Below are positions 35,681 through 43,783 of a stretch of 43,783 nucleotides of DNA, one piece after another. Numbering within the stretch: the first letter of the stretch is position 1; each line of letters begins with the position of its first letter. A program made the position numbers and the translations under genes. The DNA is taken from the NCBI GenBank assembly GCA_964518625.1, contig CAZFHC010000004.1, positions 1 to 43,783 on the forward strand, written 5' to 3'. The notes under the pieces are model-generated. The model worked only from the letters and a program-made list of their open reading frames with translations. It was not told the origin of the DNA and did not search any database. Source of the stretch: Candidatus Woesearchaeota archaeon. Its GTDB lineage: Archaea > Nanobdellota > Nanobdellia > Pacearchaeales > GW2011-AR1.

Positions 35681-38314
35681 TTAAAACAACTTATTCCAAT
35701 TTTTCTTTTCTTTATTTTCTTCTTTTGATTGATTAAACTCTTTATCTATTTTTTCTTTTAGTTCTGCTAGTATCTTTTCTTGTAAATCTTTCATCATTTT
35801 TTCTTTTATTTTATTTATATCTACTGGCTGAATTTTAATGTTTGATTGAGAATGATCTATTTTGGATAGTTGAATTTCGTTTTTTTTATTTTGATGTTCT
35901 GATATTTTATCTCCTAGATTATCTTCTAATTCTATTAAGCTCATCACATTTTTTGCGCATGTAATTACTTTATCTGGTAATCCTGCTAATTTTGCAACTT
36001 GGATTCCGTAACTTTTGTCCGTTCCCCCTTTAACTATTTTTCTTAAAAAAAGTATTCTATCGTCTTGCTCGTCTACTGCTATGTTATAATTATTTATTCC
36101 TTTAAATTTTTCTGATAATTTATTTAGATGATGGTAATGTGTTGCAAAAAGTGTTTTACATTTTGTTTCGTTGTTTAGATATTCTGCTATTGCCCATGCT
36201 AAACTTACTCCATCAAATGTTGATGTTCCTCGTCCTATTTCATCTAGTATTACAAGACTTTTTGATGTTGCATTATTCAGGATATTTGCAGTTTCATTCA
36301 TCTCTACCATAAATGTAGATTGATGGTTTACTAAATCATCATGTGCTCCAATTCTACTAAAGACTCTGTCTAATACACATAAGTTTGCTGATAATGCTGG
36401 TACAAAACATCCCATTTGAGCCATTAGGCATGATAGTGCAATTTGTCTTAAATATGTAGATTTACCTGCCATATTTGGTCCTGTGATTATCATTGTTCTA
36501 CTTTCTGTGTCTAGAATACAATTGTTACTTATGAAATCCACATCACTGAAAACTTCAATTACAGGATGTCTTGATTCTTTTAGTTCTATTTTCGATTCTG
36601 AGTTTATATTAGGTTTGCAATAGTTTCGTTCTTGTGAAACTGTTGCAAAAGAAATTATACAATCTAATACACTAATACATCTTGAAACATCTTGTATTTC
36701 TATTACATATTTTTTTAATTTTTCTAGTAGTTCCATAAATAAATTATATTCTATTTCATATATTTTCTCTTGTGCTCCAAGTATTTTTACTTCTAATTCT
36801 TTTAGTTCTTCTGTTACAAATCTTTCACTATTTACTTGAGATTGTTTTCTTATGAAGTCATCTGGAACTAAATGTAAATTTGATTTTGTGACTTCTATAA
36901 AATATCCTATAATTCTATTGTATTTTATTTTTAAATTTTTAATTCCTGTTCTTTCTCTTGCTTCATTTTCTAATTCTGCTAGATATGTTCGTGCACTACG
37001 ACTTATTATTCTAAGTTCGTCTAATTCAGAATTATATCCCTGTTTTATTATATTTCCCTCTCTTACTAATGTATTTGGTTCATCTTTTATTGCATTTAGA
37101 ATTGTTTCTGTTGCTTTTGTTAAATCTGGAATATTTGAATATTCTTTGAAGATTTTACTTGTTGATTTTTCTAGCAGTTTTTTTATTTTTGGAATATTTT
37201 TTAATGATGTTCCGAGTGAAACTAAATCTTTTGGATTTGCATTCCCAAAACTTACTCTTCCAATTAATCTTTCTATATCATAAACATTTTGTAGATATTC
37301 TTTGAACTCATATCTTAAAATTAAATTGCTTTTCAATTCGTCAACTCCTTCTAATCTTTCTTCTATTTCTTTTTTATCAATTAGTGGTGAAACTACCCAT
37401 CTTTTTAGTAATCTTTTCCCCATTGGTGTTATAGTTTTATCTAGGACTGATAATAGTGTTGCGTTGTCTGTTCTTGAAAATATATTTTTTGTTAGTTCTA
37501 GGTTTCTAACTGTTGCACTATCTAGAAACATAAAATCGTTTATTTGATAAACTTTTATTTTATTTAAATGAGTTAATGGGTTCATTTGTTTTTCTTTTAT
37601 GTAGCTTATTAATCCGCCTGCTGCTTCTGCTATTATTTCATCGGTTATGCCAAAGCCTTCTAGATTTAGAACATTGAAATGTTCGTAAAGTGTTTGTTTT
37701 GCTTTTGTTGAATAAAAAAATCTATCTTCGTACTCACTTATTATATAGCCATTTTCTTTTAATTGTTCTATTCGTGGTGATTTTATTCTTGACATTGGGA
37801 CAACTATTTCTGATGGTGAAAGCCTACTTATTTCATTCCAAAACTCACTATCGCTTACTTTACAAGATGCAAATTCTCCTGTTGAGATATCACAATATGA
37901 TAAGCCAATCTTTTCTTGTGAGAATGATAATCCGACTATATAATTATTTGAACCTTTTTCTAAAATCATATTTTCTACTATTGTTCCTGGAGTTATTATT
38001 CTTACTAATTCTCGTTTTACTAATCCTTTTGCTAGCTTGGGATCTTCTACTTGTTCTACTATTCCTACTTTGTAACCTTTTCTTACTAATTTTGCTAGGT
38101 ATGGATCGAGAGCATGATATGGTATTCCTGCTAGTGGGGCTTCTGTTTCTCCTTTCCCTCTAGATGTTAGTGTTATTTCTAGTTCTCTTGAGACTGTTTT
38201 TGCATCTTCAAAAAATGTTTCATAAAAATCTCCCATTCTAAAAAATATAACACAATCTGGATGAGCATTTTTAATGTTCATGTATTGTTGCATCCCTGGA
38301 GTTAGTTTTACCAT
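35681..38314 (-). CDS. mutS: DNA mismatch repair protein MutS (MutS1)
   Basis: TPGMQQY, FFRMGDFYETF, GPNMAGKSTY, STFMVEM, DEIGRGTST, FATHY, SYGIQVA. Confidence 0.98.
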   Translation of the reverse strand: MVKLTPGMQQYMNIKNAHPDCVIFFRMGDFYETFFEDAKTVSRELEITLTSRGKGETEAPLAGIPYHALDPYLAKLVRKGYKVGIVEQVEDPKLAKGLVKRELVRIITPGTIVENMILEKGSNNYIVGLSFSQEKIGLSYCDISTGEFASCKVSDSEFWNEISRLSPSEIVVPMSRIKSPRIEQLKENGYIISEYEDRFFYSTKAKQTLYEHFNVLNLEGFGITDEIIAEAAGGLISYIKEKQMNPLTHLNKIKVYQINDFMFLDSATVRNLELTKNIFSRTDNATLLSVLDKTITPMGKRLLKRWVVSPLIDKKEIEERLEGVDELKSNLILRYEFKEYLQNVYDIERLIGRVSFGNANPKDLVSLGTSLKNIPKIKKLLEKSTSKIFKEYSNIPDLTKATETILNAIKDEPNTLVREGNIIKQGYNSELDELRIISRSARTYLAELENEARERTGIKNLKIKYNRIIGYFIEVTKSNLHLVPDDFIRKQSQVNSERFVTEELKELEVKILGAQEKIYEIEYNLFMELLEKLKKYVIEIQDVSRCISVLDCIISFATVSQERNYCKPNINSESKIELKESRHPVIEVFSDVDFISNNCILDTESRTMIITGPNMAGKSTYLRQIALSCLMAQMGCFVPALSANLCVLDRVFSRIGAHDDLVNHQSTFMVEMNETANILNNATSKSLVILDEIGRGTSTFDGVSLAWAIAEYLNNETKCKTLFATHYHHLNKLSEKFKGINNYNIAVDEQDDRILFLRKIVKGGTDKSYGIQVAKLAGLPDKVITCAKNVMSLIELEDNLGDKISEHQNKKNEIQLSKIDHSQSNIKIQPVDINKIKEKMMKDLQEKILAELKEKIDKEFNQSKEENKEKKNWNKLF

Positions 38315-38482
38315 TATATTAATGGTGAATTTTTATTTAAAACGATTTATGTGTTATGTGGATAATGGAGCAATCTAGAAGTTATTGATTTTATGAGAGT
38401 TTTCTTCATTAGAAAAATCTTTTTTCAGAGAATTAAGTCCTAATATTGTTATTAATTATTGTTTATTTAGATAATAATAATT

Positions 38483-38881
38483 TCAACAACAATAAAGCTT
38501 TCCTTGCTCCCCATCTTTGATTTTTCCCATTGGTGTTCCATATTTTCGTATATTTTCTATCATGTCTTTATTCTGTTTAAGTTCTTTTCCCATTAGTACA
38601 CTTGCTTCTCTTGCTTTTAAAAATGAATCGCACAATTTTATGTTTAATGGGCATTTCTGTTCACATGCTTTACAAAGATTACATTTGAATATTATGTCGC
38701 TGATTAGTTTTTCTGATAATATGATGGATTTTCCTCGTGCTGAAACTCCTTCTTCTCTTAATGTTTTGAATACTGGACAGATATTCTTACACATTCCACA
38801 TTTGATACATTTTTCTAACTCTACAGATACTTCTTCAAGTAGATTTTTTGCTTGAATTTTATTTTGGTCTTGGTCTTTCAT
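38483..38881 (-). CDS. Stand-alone 2x[4Fe-4S] dicluster protein (GlcF/HdrC N-terminal-like)
   Basis: CIKCGMCKNICP, SARG, CNLCKACEQKCP; ends LYCC. Confidence 0.85.
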   Translation of the reverse strand: MKDQDQNKIQAKNLLEEVSVELEKCIKCGMCKNICPVFKTLREEGVSARGKSIILSEKLISDIIFKCNLCKACEQKCPLNIKLCDSFLKAREASVLMGKELKQNKDMIENIRKYGTPMGKIKDGEQGKLYCC

Positions 38882-38921
38882 ATATAGTAGAAGTTTCTAG
38901 AGTATAAAAAAGTTTGTTGGA

Positions 38922-39224
38922 TTAAGATAATTTATGAAAATTTTTTTTGAAATCTACAATTTTACCCTTTTTTACTTCAATATTTTCTTCTTTTAAAATT
39001 TTAATTTTATTTGCTGTTCCTGATGCAAACCCTCCGATGTTGCCGTTTGAATTTACGACTCTGTGACATGGAACGATTGGTGCGTTGGGATTTTTATTGA
39101 GTGCAGTTCCTACTGCTTGATACGCTTTTGTGTTTAGTACTATTGCAATTTCTTTATATGTTGAAACTTTACCTTTTGGAATAGTTTTTGTTGTTGCATA
39201 GATTTTTTCACAGAATTATAACAT
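38922..39224 (-). pseudogene. ogt: O6-methylguanine-DNA methyltransferase (MGMT/Ogt) with TAA at codon 3
   Basis: ML*FCEKIYATTKTIPKGKVSTYKEIA...AVGTALNKNP...VPCHRVV...GGF; otherwise intact 100-codon frame; TATATATA 21 nt before ATG 39224. Confidence 0.88.
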
Positions 39225-39255
39225 AAATTTTGAAATGATTTTGAATATATATAGA

Positions 39256-39930
39256 TTACGCTATGTTTTTAATTTCTTCTATTTCTTTTTTTGAAACTGC
39301 TGTTCCTTTGAACTTTACAGCATACAATAATGCGTCTAAATTATCTTTTGTTTTTTCTATCCCTGTTAAGCTTTTTTTATAAGCGATATATAAAAATTCT
39401 GCTGATCTCATTACTTTATGTGGTTTTATGTCTTTTATTACTTCGTTATTAAAATCTAAATCTGTATGTAATTTTCTTTCGATTATTTCTTCAATTTTTC
39501 TTGGATTTTCTATTAGATATCTTGTTGTTCTTTCATCTACTACAATCATTGATTGACCTTCTACTAAATTATCAAATGCTAGACAATCTGCTTCTCCTTC
39601 TTGAATTATTGTTATCTTTTCTCCATTTCCGTGATGTCTTAACACTCCATTTGCAATTTTTAATATTTTAGCTGACTCTTTTTTAAGTGTATTATCATCT
39701 ATTATTTCAGTTGACATTTTTAGAATTCCTGTCTTCAAAAGGTGTTGAACTTTTATTGCTTCTAATTTATATTTTTTTATTTTAATTGGTCTATCTATCA
39801 CTTCGTATTTTACTGCGGGTGTTAAAATAAATTCACCATTAAAATTCTCTTTCATTCTTTCTACTACATCTAATAGTCCATTCATTGTTAACGCGATTAA
39901 TGGTCCTGCATCAAAAATCAAATATTTCAT
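39256..39930 (-). CDS. PIN-domain protein, COG2405/DUF3368-like (putative toxin)
   Basis: IFDAGPLIAL...GLLDVV, EVI, GEADCLAF, VVDERTTR acidic tetrad. Confidence 0.7.
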   Translation of the reverse strand: MKYLIFDAGPLIALTMNGLLDVVERMKENFNGEFILTPAVKYEVIDRPIKIKKYKLEAIKVQHLLKTGILKMSTEIIDDNTLKKESAKILKIANGVLRHHGNGEKITIIQEGEADCLAFDNLVEGQSMIVVDERTTRYLIENPRKIEEIIERKLHTDLDFNNEVIKDIKPHKVMRSAEFLYIAYKKSLTGIEKTKDNLDALLYAVKFKGTAVSKKEIEEIKNIA

Positions 39931-40514
39931 TTAAAAAAATCCTCAACCTCTTTAATCCTTTCAACTTCTGATTTACTATCTGAGATATTCATCTCGTGTA
40001 CTTTTGATTGTCCAATATAAGATGCTAAATCCCAGAGATTAATTCCTAGTAGTTGTGCTGTTTGTGCGCTTGATAAACCATGTTCATATAGTTTAAATGC
40101 TTTATTTATTTCTGCTTTCCTAAATATATCTTTTATATATTCTCCTAAATGTCCTGTTATATTATTTAATGATGCTCTTATTTCTCCTGCATATCGAACT
40201 GTTTCGTTATAATCATTTTTTTCTGATGCTTTTGTCATTAATGCCCAGTTCGAAATTAATTGTTGGTAAAAATCGTCCCAACCTTCTAATCTTCTATAAC
40301 TTTCCCTTTGTAATATTTTACTTATTGAATAAATCAAAACTGCTACTATTATGTTTGCTGGATCTTGGTGAATTGTTGCGGAATGGATTGTTCTTTCTGA
40401 GAGTTCTTTTAATTTTTGATGTTTTTCACTTTTAATTGCTGCTTGAGAAAGTTTTAGAACTTCTGTAATATTTGTTAAGTCTTTATAACCTTCGATAAAA
40501 TCTCTTTTATTCAT
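39927..40514 (-). CDS. Helical protein with C-terminal UPF0175/COG2886-like HTH (putative antitoxin)
   Basis: KLYEHGLSSAQTAQLLGINLWDLASY; 4-nt overlap with the PIN gene. Confidence 0.6.
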   Translation of the reverse strand: MNKRDFIEGYKDLTNITEVLKLSQAAIKSEKHQKLKELSERTIHSATIHQDPANIIVAVLIYSISKILQRESYRRLEGWDDFYQQLISNWALMTKASEKNDYNETVRYAGEIRASLNNITGHLGEYIKDIFRKAEINKAFKLYEHGLSSAQTAQLLGINLWDLASYIGQSKVHEMNISDSKSEVERIKEVEDFFK

Positions 40515-40535
40515 ATAATTTTAAATATCGGAGAA

Positions 40536-40543
40536 TATTTAAA
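40536..40543. promoter_or_regulatory. Shared bidirectional TATA
   Basis: TATTTAAA lies 21 nt from both ATG 40514 (-) and ATG 40565 (+). Confidence 0.65.
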
Positions 40544-40564
40544 CCTTCTTAAATATTTAATTTT

Positions 40565-40945
40565 ATGAAAATTTTATTGGATACGAACTTTATTTTGACA
40601 ACTATGAAACAAAAAATTGATTTTCCTAATTTAGCTGATGAAATTTTTAGTGAGCCAATTGAGTGGGTTGTTCCGCAACAAGTTTTGAATGAATTGGGTA
40701 ATTTAAAAGACCGTAATGGGATGAAAAGAAAAGATAGGGCTGCTGCTGGATTAGGATTTGATATATTACAAACTATTAATCCTGAAATTGTTGAGCTACA
40801 GAAAAATAGAAATGTTGATATTGGAATTGTTAATTATATTGTTGGGAAAGATATTATTCTTGCTACTTTAGATAGAGATCTAAAGAATAGAATAAAAAAT
40901 AAGATCTTGACTATTAGGAATAGAAAAATGCTTGAAATTATATAA
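40565..40945 (+). CDS. PIN-domain protein, Fcf1/Utp24 (COG1412)-like
   Basis: ILLDTNFI, VLNEL, VDIGI, LATLDRDLK. Confidence 0.85.
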   Translation: MKILLDTNFILTTMKQKIDFPNLADEIFSEPIEWVVPQQVLNELGNLKDRNGMKRKDRAAAGLGFDILQTINPEIVELQKNRNVDIGIVNYIVGKDIILATLDRDLKNRIKNKILTIRNRKMLEII

Positions 40946-40991
40946 AATATAGTACAATAATTCTTAAAAACATCTTCAGTAGATTAATATT

Positions 40992-41555
40992 ATGGAGAAT
41001 GTTAAAGATCATACTATTGAGAAAATTAAGTCTAAACTTATTGAAATGAACACTGATTTGAATAAAATTTCCTATCTTGAGAATGTAATTAAGGAGAAAA
41101 ATTTTACTTTGGAGGTTAAGCGTTTTATTCTGGGATATTTATCTAAGTTATATGAGAATCGTAAGATGTATAGGAAAGCTGCTAAGGCGATTATTAATAA
41201 AGCTACTATTGAAATTTCAATGAAAGATAAAATTGAATCGTTTTTATCTGCTGCTGAATTATATGCTAAACTTGGAGATGTTGATGAGGCTGAACATATG
41301 TTTAACATGGCTTCTAGAAATGTTGATGATATACAAAAAGCTAGAATTGATTTAGCTAAGAAAAATATTTATTCGGTTTTTGCTGAAGAATTGGATAGAC
41401 AAGGGAAAAAAAGTTCTGCTATTAAGTTTTATGAGAAGTTAATCAGAATGAGTTTGGATCCTTTGGAAAGGTCTGATATTAAAGGAAAATTAAAATCTAG
41501 ATATCAATCTTTGGGATTATTTAGAGAAATTAACTATTTGGAAGGTTTGAAATAA
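40992..41555 (+). CDS. TPR-like helical hypothetical protein
   Basis: Repeated AAELYAKLG / AIKFYEKL-type helices. Confidence 0.65.
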   Translation: MENVKDHTIEKIKSKLIEMNTDLNKISYLENVIKEKNFTLEVKRFILGYLSKLYENRKMYRKAAKAIINKATIEISMKDKIESFLSAAELYAKLGDVDEAEHMFNMASRNVDDIQKARIDLAKKNIYSVFAEELDRQGKKSSAIKFYEKLIRMSLDPLERSDIKGKLKSRYQSLGLFREINYLEGLK

Positions 41556-41623
41556 TTTTTTTTGCATAGTTTTTTTAAGTTGAAAAATAAAAAAAAATAA
41601 AGAAAATATGTGTGTTTGAAAAA

Positions 41624-41719
41624 TTAAACAACCTCTTCGTCCATATCGAAAAGACCGTCATCGTCTTCTTCTAATTCAAGTTTGTTTTCATCCATTTTAG
41701 GTATCTGGTATTTAGTCAT
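41624..41719 (-). CDS. Acidic micro-ORF (31 aa)
   Basis: MTKYQIPKMDENKLELEEDDDGLFDMDEEVV; ATG overlaps the end of the upstream micro-ORF. Confidence 0.45.
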   Translation of the reverse strand: MTKYQIPKMDENKLELEEDDDGLFDMDEEVV

Positions 41720-41831
41720 TTTCCATTTCAAACTCATCGTCAAAATCTTCTTCGACTTCTTCTTTGAGTTCAGCATCAAACTCTTTTTTGAGTTCTTTTC
41801 TTGAATCGGAAATATTTTCTATTTCTACCAT
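41712..41831 (-). CDS. Acidic micro-ORF (39 aa)
   Basis: MVEIENISDSRKELKKEFDAELKEEVEEDFDDEFEMEND; AAGATTTATATA promoter upstream. Confidence 0.55.
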   Translation of the reverse strand: MVEIENISDSRKELKKEFDAELKEEVEEDFDDEFEMEND

Positions 41832-41920
41832 GTTTACTTAGAGAAGTGAATTTTATACTGTATATAAATCTTATGATTCTCTAATATACATAGATTTTAA
41901 CCAAAATATTTAAAAGAGAA

Positions 41921-43540
41921 TTACTTACTTGATTTAATAAATTCTTTTACTAATTCTAAAATTTCTTTTTTCTTATATGGTAAGAATGTGATTGAACCTG
42001 CATTTTTATGTCCTCCACCCTCTACGAATGAGTTTGGAATTTTTTTGTTAATATTTTTTATCATTTCATGTACTGAGAAGTTTGCTGAATCTGTTGCTCT
42101 AAATGTCATTGCTGTATTCATTACTCCTACTGTTACTAATTTGATATTCTTTTTTTCCTGCTTCAAATTGTCATGAACTAATCCTACTGATCTACCTGGT
42201 TTTGGAAAAAATCCAAATCCTGGGAATGTTTCTTCTATGTTAATTATTTGTAATGTTTTATCTCCATACTCTTCAATTATTCTATTACTTTTTCCCATTG
42301 CAAGTCCTTTCGCATCTAAATTTTTAATATAGGGTGCCATTAAATCTACTAATTTTCTTTGTTGTTCTCTTGGTTCTCCGAATAGAACTTCTATATATTC
42401 CCTTGCTTCTAAAAATCTTAATTTTGCTGATGTATAATCTATTACTAATGAGATTTCATTTAGTAATTTTTTTGAATAACCTTTCTTTTCTGCTAATTCA
42501 CAATATTTGTCTACACCTTCTTTATTTTCTAAATCTATTCTATCTGCTAAACCTGCCATTGCTGGTATTGGTTCCATATTTTCTACTTCTGGATTTATTA
42601 AACGAGCTAATTCTGAACAAAGCATTCCTGCTGAAAATTTTGAACCTGATTCTCCCACTAAAAATGGATTTATATGTGATAATACTTGCTCACTAATTAC
42701 ATCTTTTTCAAATGGATGATGATCTACTACGATTATATCTGAACCATGGATTTTTGCTTGTTTTATTGCAATTAGATCCTGTTGTGTTGAACCATTATCT
42801 ACAATTAAGATTAGTGGCATTTTGTTTGAGAACTTTGCAGCATTTCTTAGTGAAGTTGCTGTATCTCTGATTGAATCATCTATTTCATAATATGGTGCTG
42901 AACATGGTGATCTCATAAAAAATTCCCAAGCTGCTTTTGGATTAGAATGTTGTCTTTGAATTAATGGAATAATTGCTTTTTCTAATGCAAATCCTGAAGA
43001 ATATCCATCGGCATCATTATGATGTCTTACTATTATTGGTCTATTTTGAAATACTGCTAATCTGATTTCTTGTGCTGCGTTAATAAAACGTGGTTTCAAT
43101 TTTTCTAAAATTTGAGATTCTATTAAAAATGATTTAAAATTAACTTTAGCTTTTGCCCTTAATTTATCTTCAATTATTTCTTTGATTTTCCTTGCATCTT
43201 CTCCTCTCTGCTTTGATATTTTTGCTATATCTCCTTCTAGTTCTCCATTAAATTCTGATATTGAAACTAATGCTAAAATAAAGTCACCTGATTCTATTGT
43301 TGGATAAGCTCTTTCTCCTGCTACAATAAATGCTTTTAATGATAAATTACCTGTTCCATCGTTCACTTCGAATATAGTTGGTCCTCCTGTTTGGATTACT
43401 CTATCAATTTGTCCTTGAATAAAAACTTTCTTTCCAGACATTTTTTTATCAACATCTTCAATGTTGCATAGCTCTGGCTTCTCATTATAATCTTTAAATT
43501 TTCTGTCTTTCATTTTTTTATTGTCGTAATTTTTTTTCAT
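41921..43540 (-). CDS. RecJ-like DHH exonuclease with N-terminal OB fold
   Basis: OB fold (QTGGPTIF..NDGTG), HHNDADG, IVDNGS, VDHH, GLADR, GGGHKNAG. Confidence 0.9.
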   Translation of the reverse strand: MKKNYDNKKMKDRKFKDYNEKPELCNIEDVDKKMSGKKVFIQGQIDRVIQTGGPTIFEVNDGTGNLSLKAFIVAGERAYPTIESGDFILALVSISEFNGELEGDIAKISKQRGEDARKIKEIIEDKLRAKAKVNFKSFLIESQILEKLKPRFINAAQEIRLAVFQNRPIIVRHHNDADGYSSGFALEKAIIPLIQRQHSNPKAAWEFFMRSPCSAPYYEIDDSIRDTATSLRNAAKFSNKMPLILIVDNGSTQQDLIAIKQAKIHGSDIIVVDHHPFEKDVISEQVLSHINPFLVGESGSKFSAGMLCSELARLINPEVENMEPIPAMAGLADRIDLENKEGVDKYCELAEKKGYSKKLLNEISLVIDYTSAKLRFLEAREYIEVLFGEPREQQRKLVDLMAPYIKNLDAKGLAMGKSNRIIEEYGDKTLQIINIEETFPGFGFFPKPGRSVGLVHDNLKQEKKNIKLVTVGVMNTAMTFRATDSANFSVHEMIKNINKKIPNSFVEGGGHKNAGSITFLPYKKKEILELVKEFIKSSK

Positions 43541-43709
43541 AGAATAAAATAATAATTTATTTCCACTTTTTTATTAATACTTAATTGTTTAAATTTGTAT
43601 TGGTTTAAAAATGTTAGCATTTTCTAAAATCTATGGATGAGATGTTTCTAAAATTCTTCTTTTTATTAAATAAAAAAGGTTGTCCCCTCAAGATGCACAA
43701 AAGGTCTTA

Positions 43710-43782
43710 TGCTCCCGCCGGGATTTGAACCCGGGTCACTGCCGTGAAAGGGCAGCATCCTTGGCCACTAGACTACGAGAGC
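43710..43782 (-). tRNA. tRNA-Glu(TTC)
   Basis: GCTCTCG/CGGGAGC, A73; CTGCC-CTTTCAC-GGCAG; CCGGG-TTCAAAT-CCCGG. Confidence 0.96.
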
Positions 43783-43783
43783 A

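Noticed and set aside
38340-38480. Short minus-strand ORF MKKTLIKSITSRLLHYPHNT resembling a DUF2061 start
   Set aside because: 20 aa only; similarity too weak.
39216-39218. Stop-codon reassignment explaining the ogt TAA
   Set aside because: TAA, TAG and TGA all end normal-length genes here (rbr TAA, tyrS TAG, udg TGA).
181-42719. Many antisense or alternate-frame ORFs in the track (e.g. 181-666, 1717-1932, 35206-35631, 36852-37283, 37690-38163)
   Set aside because: Leu/Phe/Ile-rich shadows overlapping well-supported genes.
1-43783. Provirus, IS element, DGR or CRISPR-Cas
   Set aside because: No integrase, transposase, reverse transcriptase, TR/VR pair, capsid or cas gene recognised.

Overview
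AT-rich archaeal chromosomal segment, most consistent with a DPANN archaeon (Pacearchaeota/Woesearchaeota-like). Evidence: single-chain PriS-PriL primase, rpL15e, archaeal TyrRS/GluRS, NreA with a PIP box, aMBF1, a histone-fold protein, a class III pilin, and TATA boxes about 21 nt before leaderless ATGs. It holds about 50 CDS (redox defence, translation, a dense DNA-repair set with mutS-mutL, surface proteins), four intronless tRNAs without encoded CCA, and two gene remnants (ogt, trx). No integrase, transposase, reverse transcriptase or CRISPR array was seen. Main signals: (1) a ~128-nt minus-strand unit with its own TATA box, four hairpins (three capped by UUCG tetraloops) and a U-tract, a candidate undescribed ncRNA; (2) a tRNA-Ser with an A34 (AGA) anticodon 2 kb from tRNA-Ser(GGA); (3) beta-defensin-spaced Cys modules on surface proteins; (4) parallel loss of [4Fe-4S] ligands in primase, family-4 UDG and a TtuA/TtcA-like relic; (5) a ~110-bp element bounded by a duplicated tRNA-Ile 3' end; (6) a PIN/HTH toxin-antitoxin-like pair. 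All family calls come from manual motif recognition; no searches were run.
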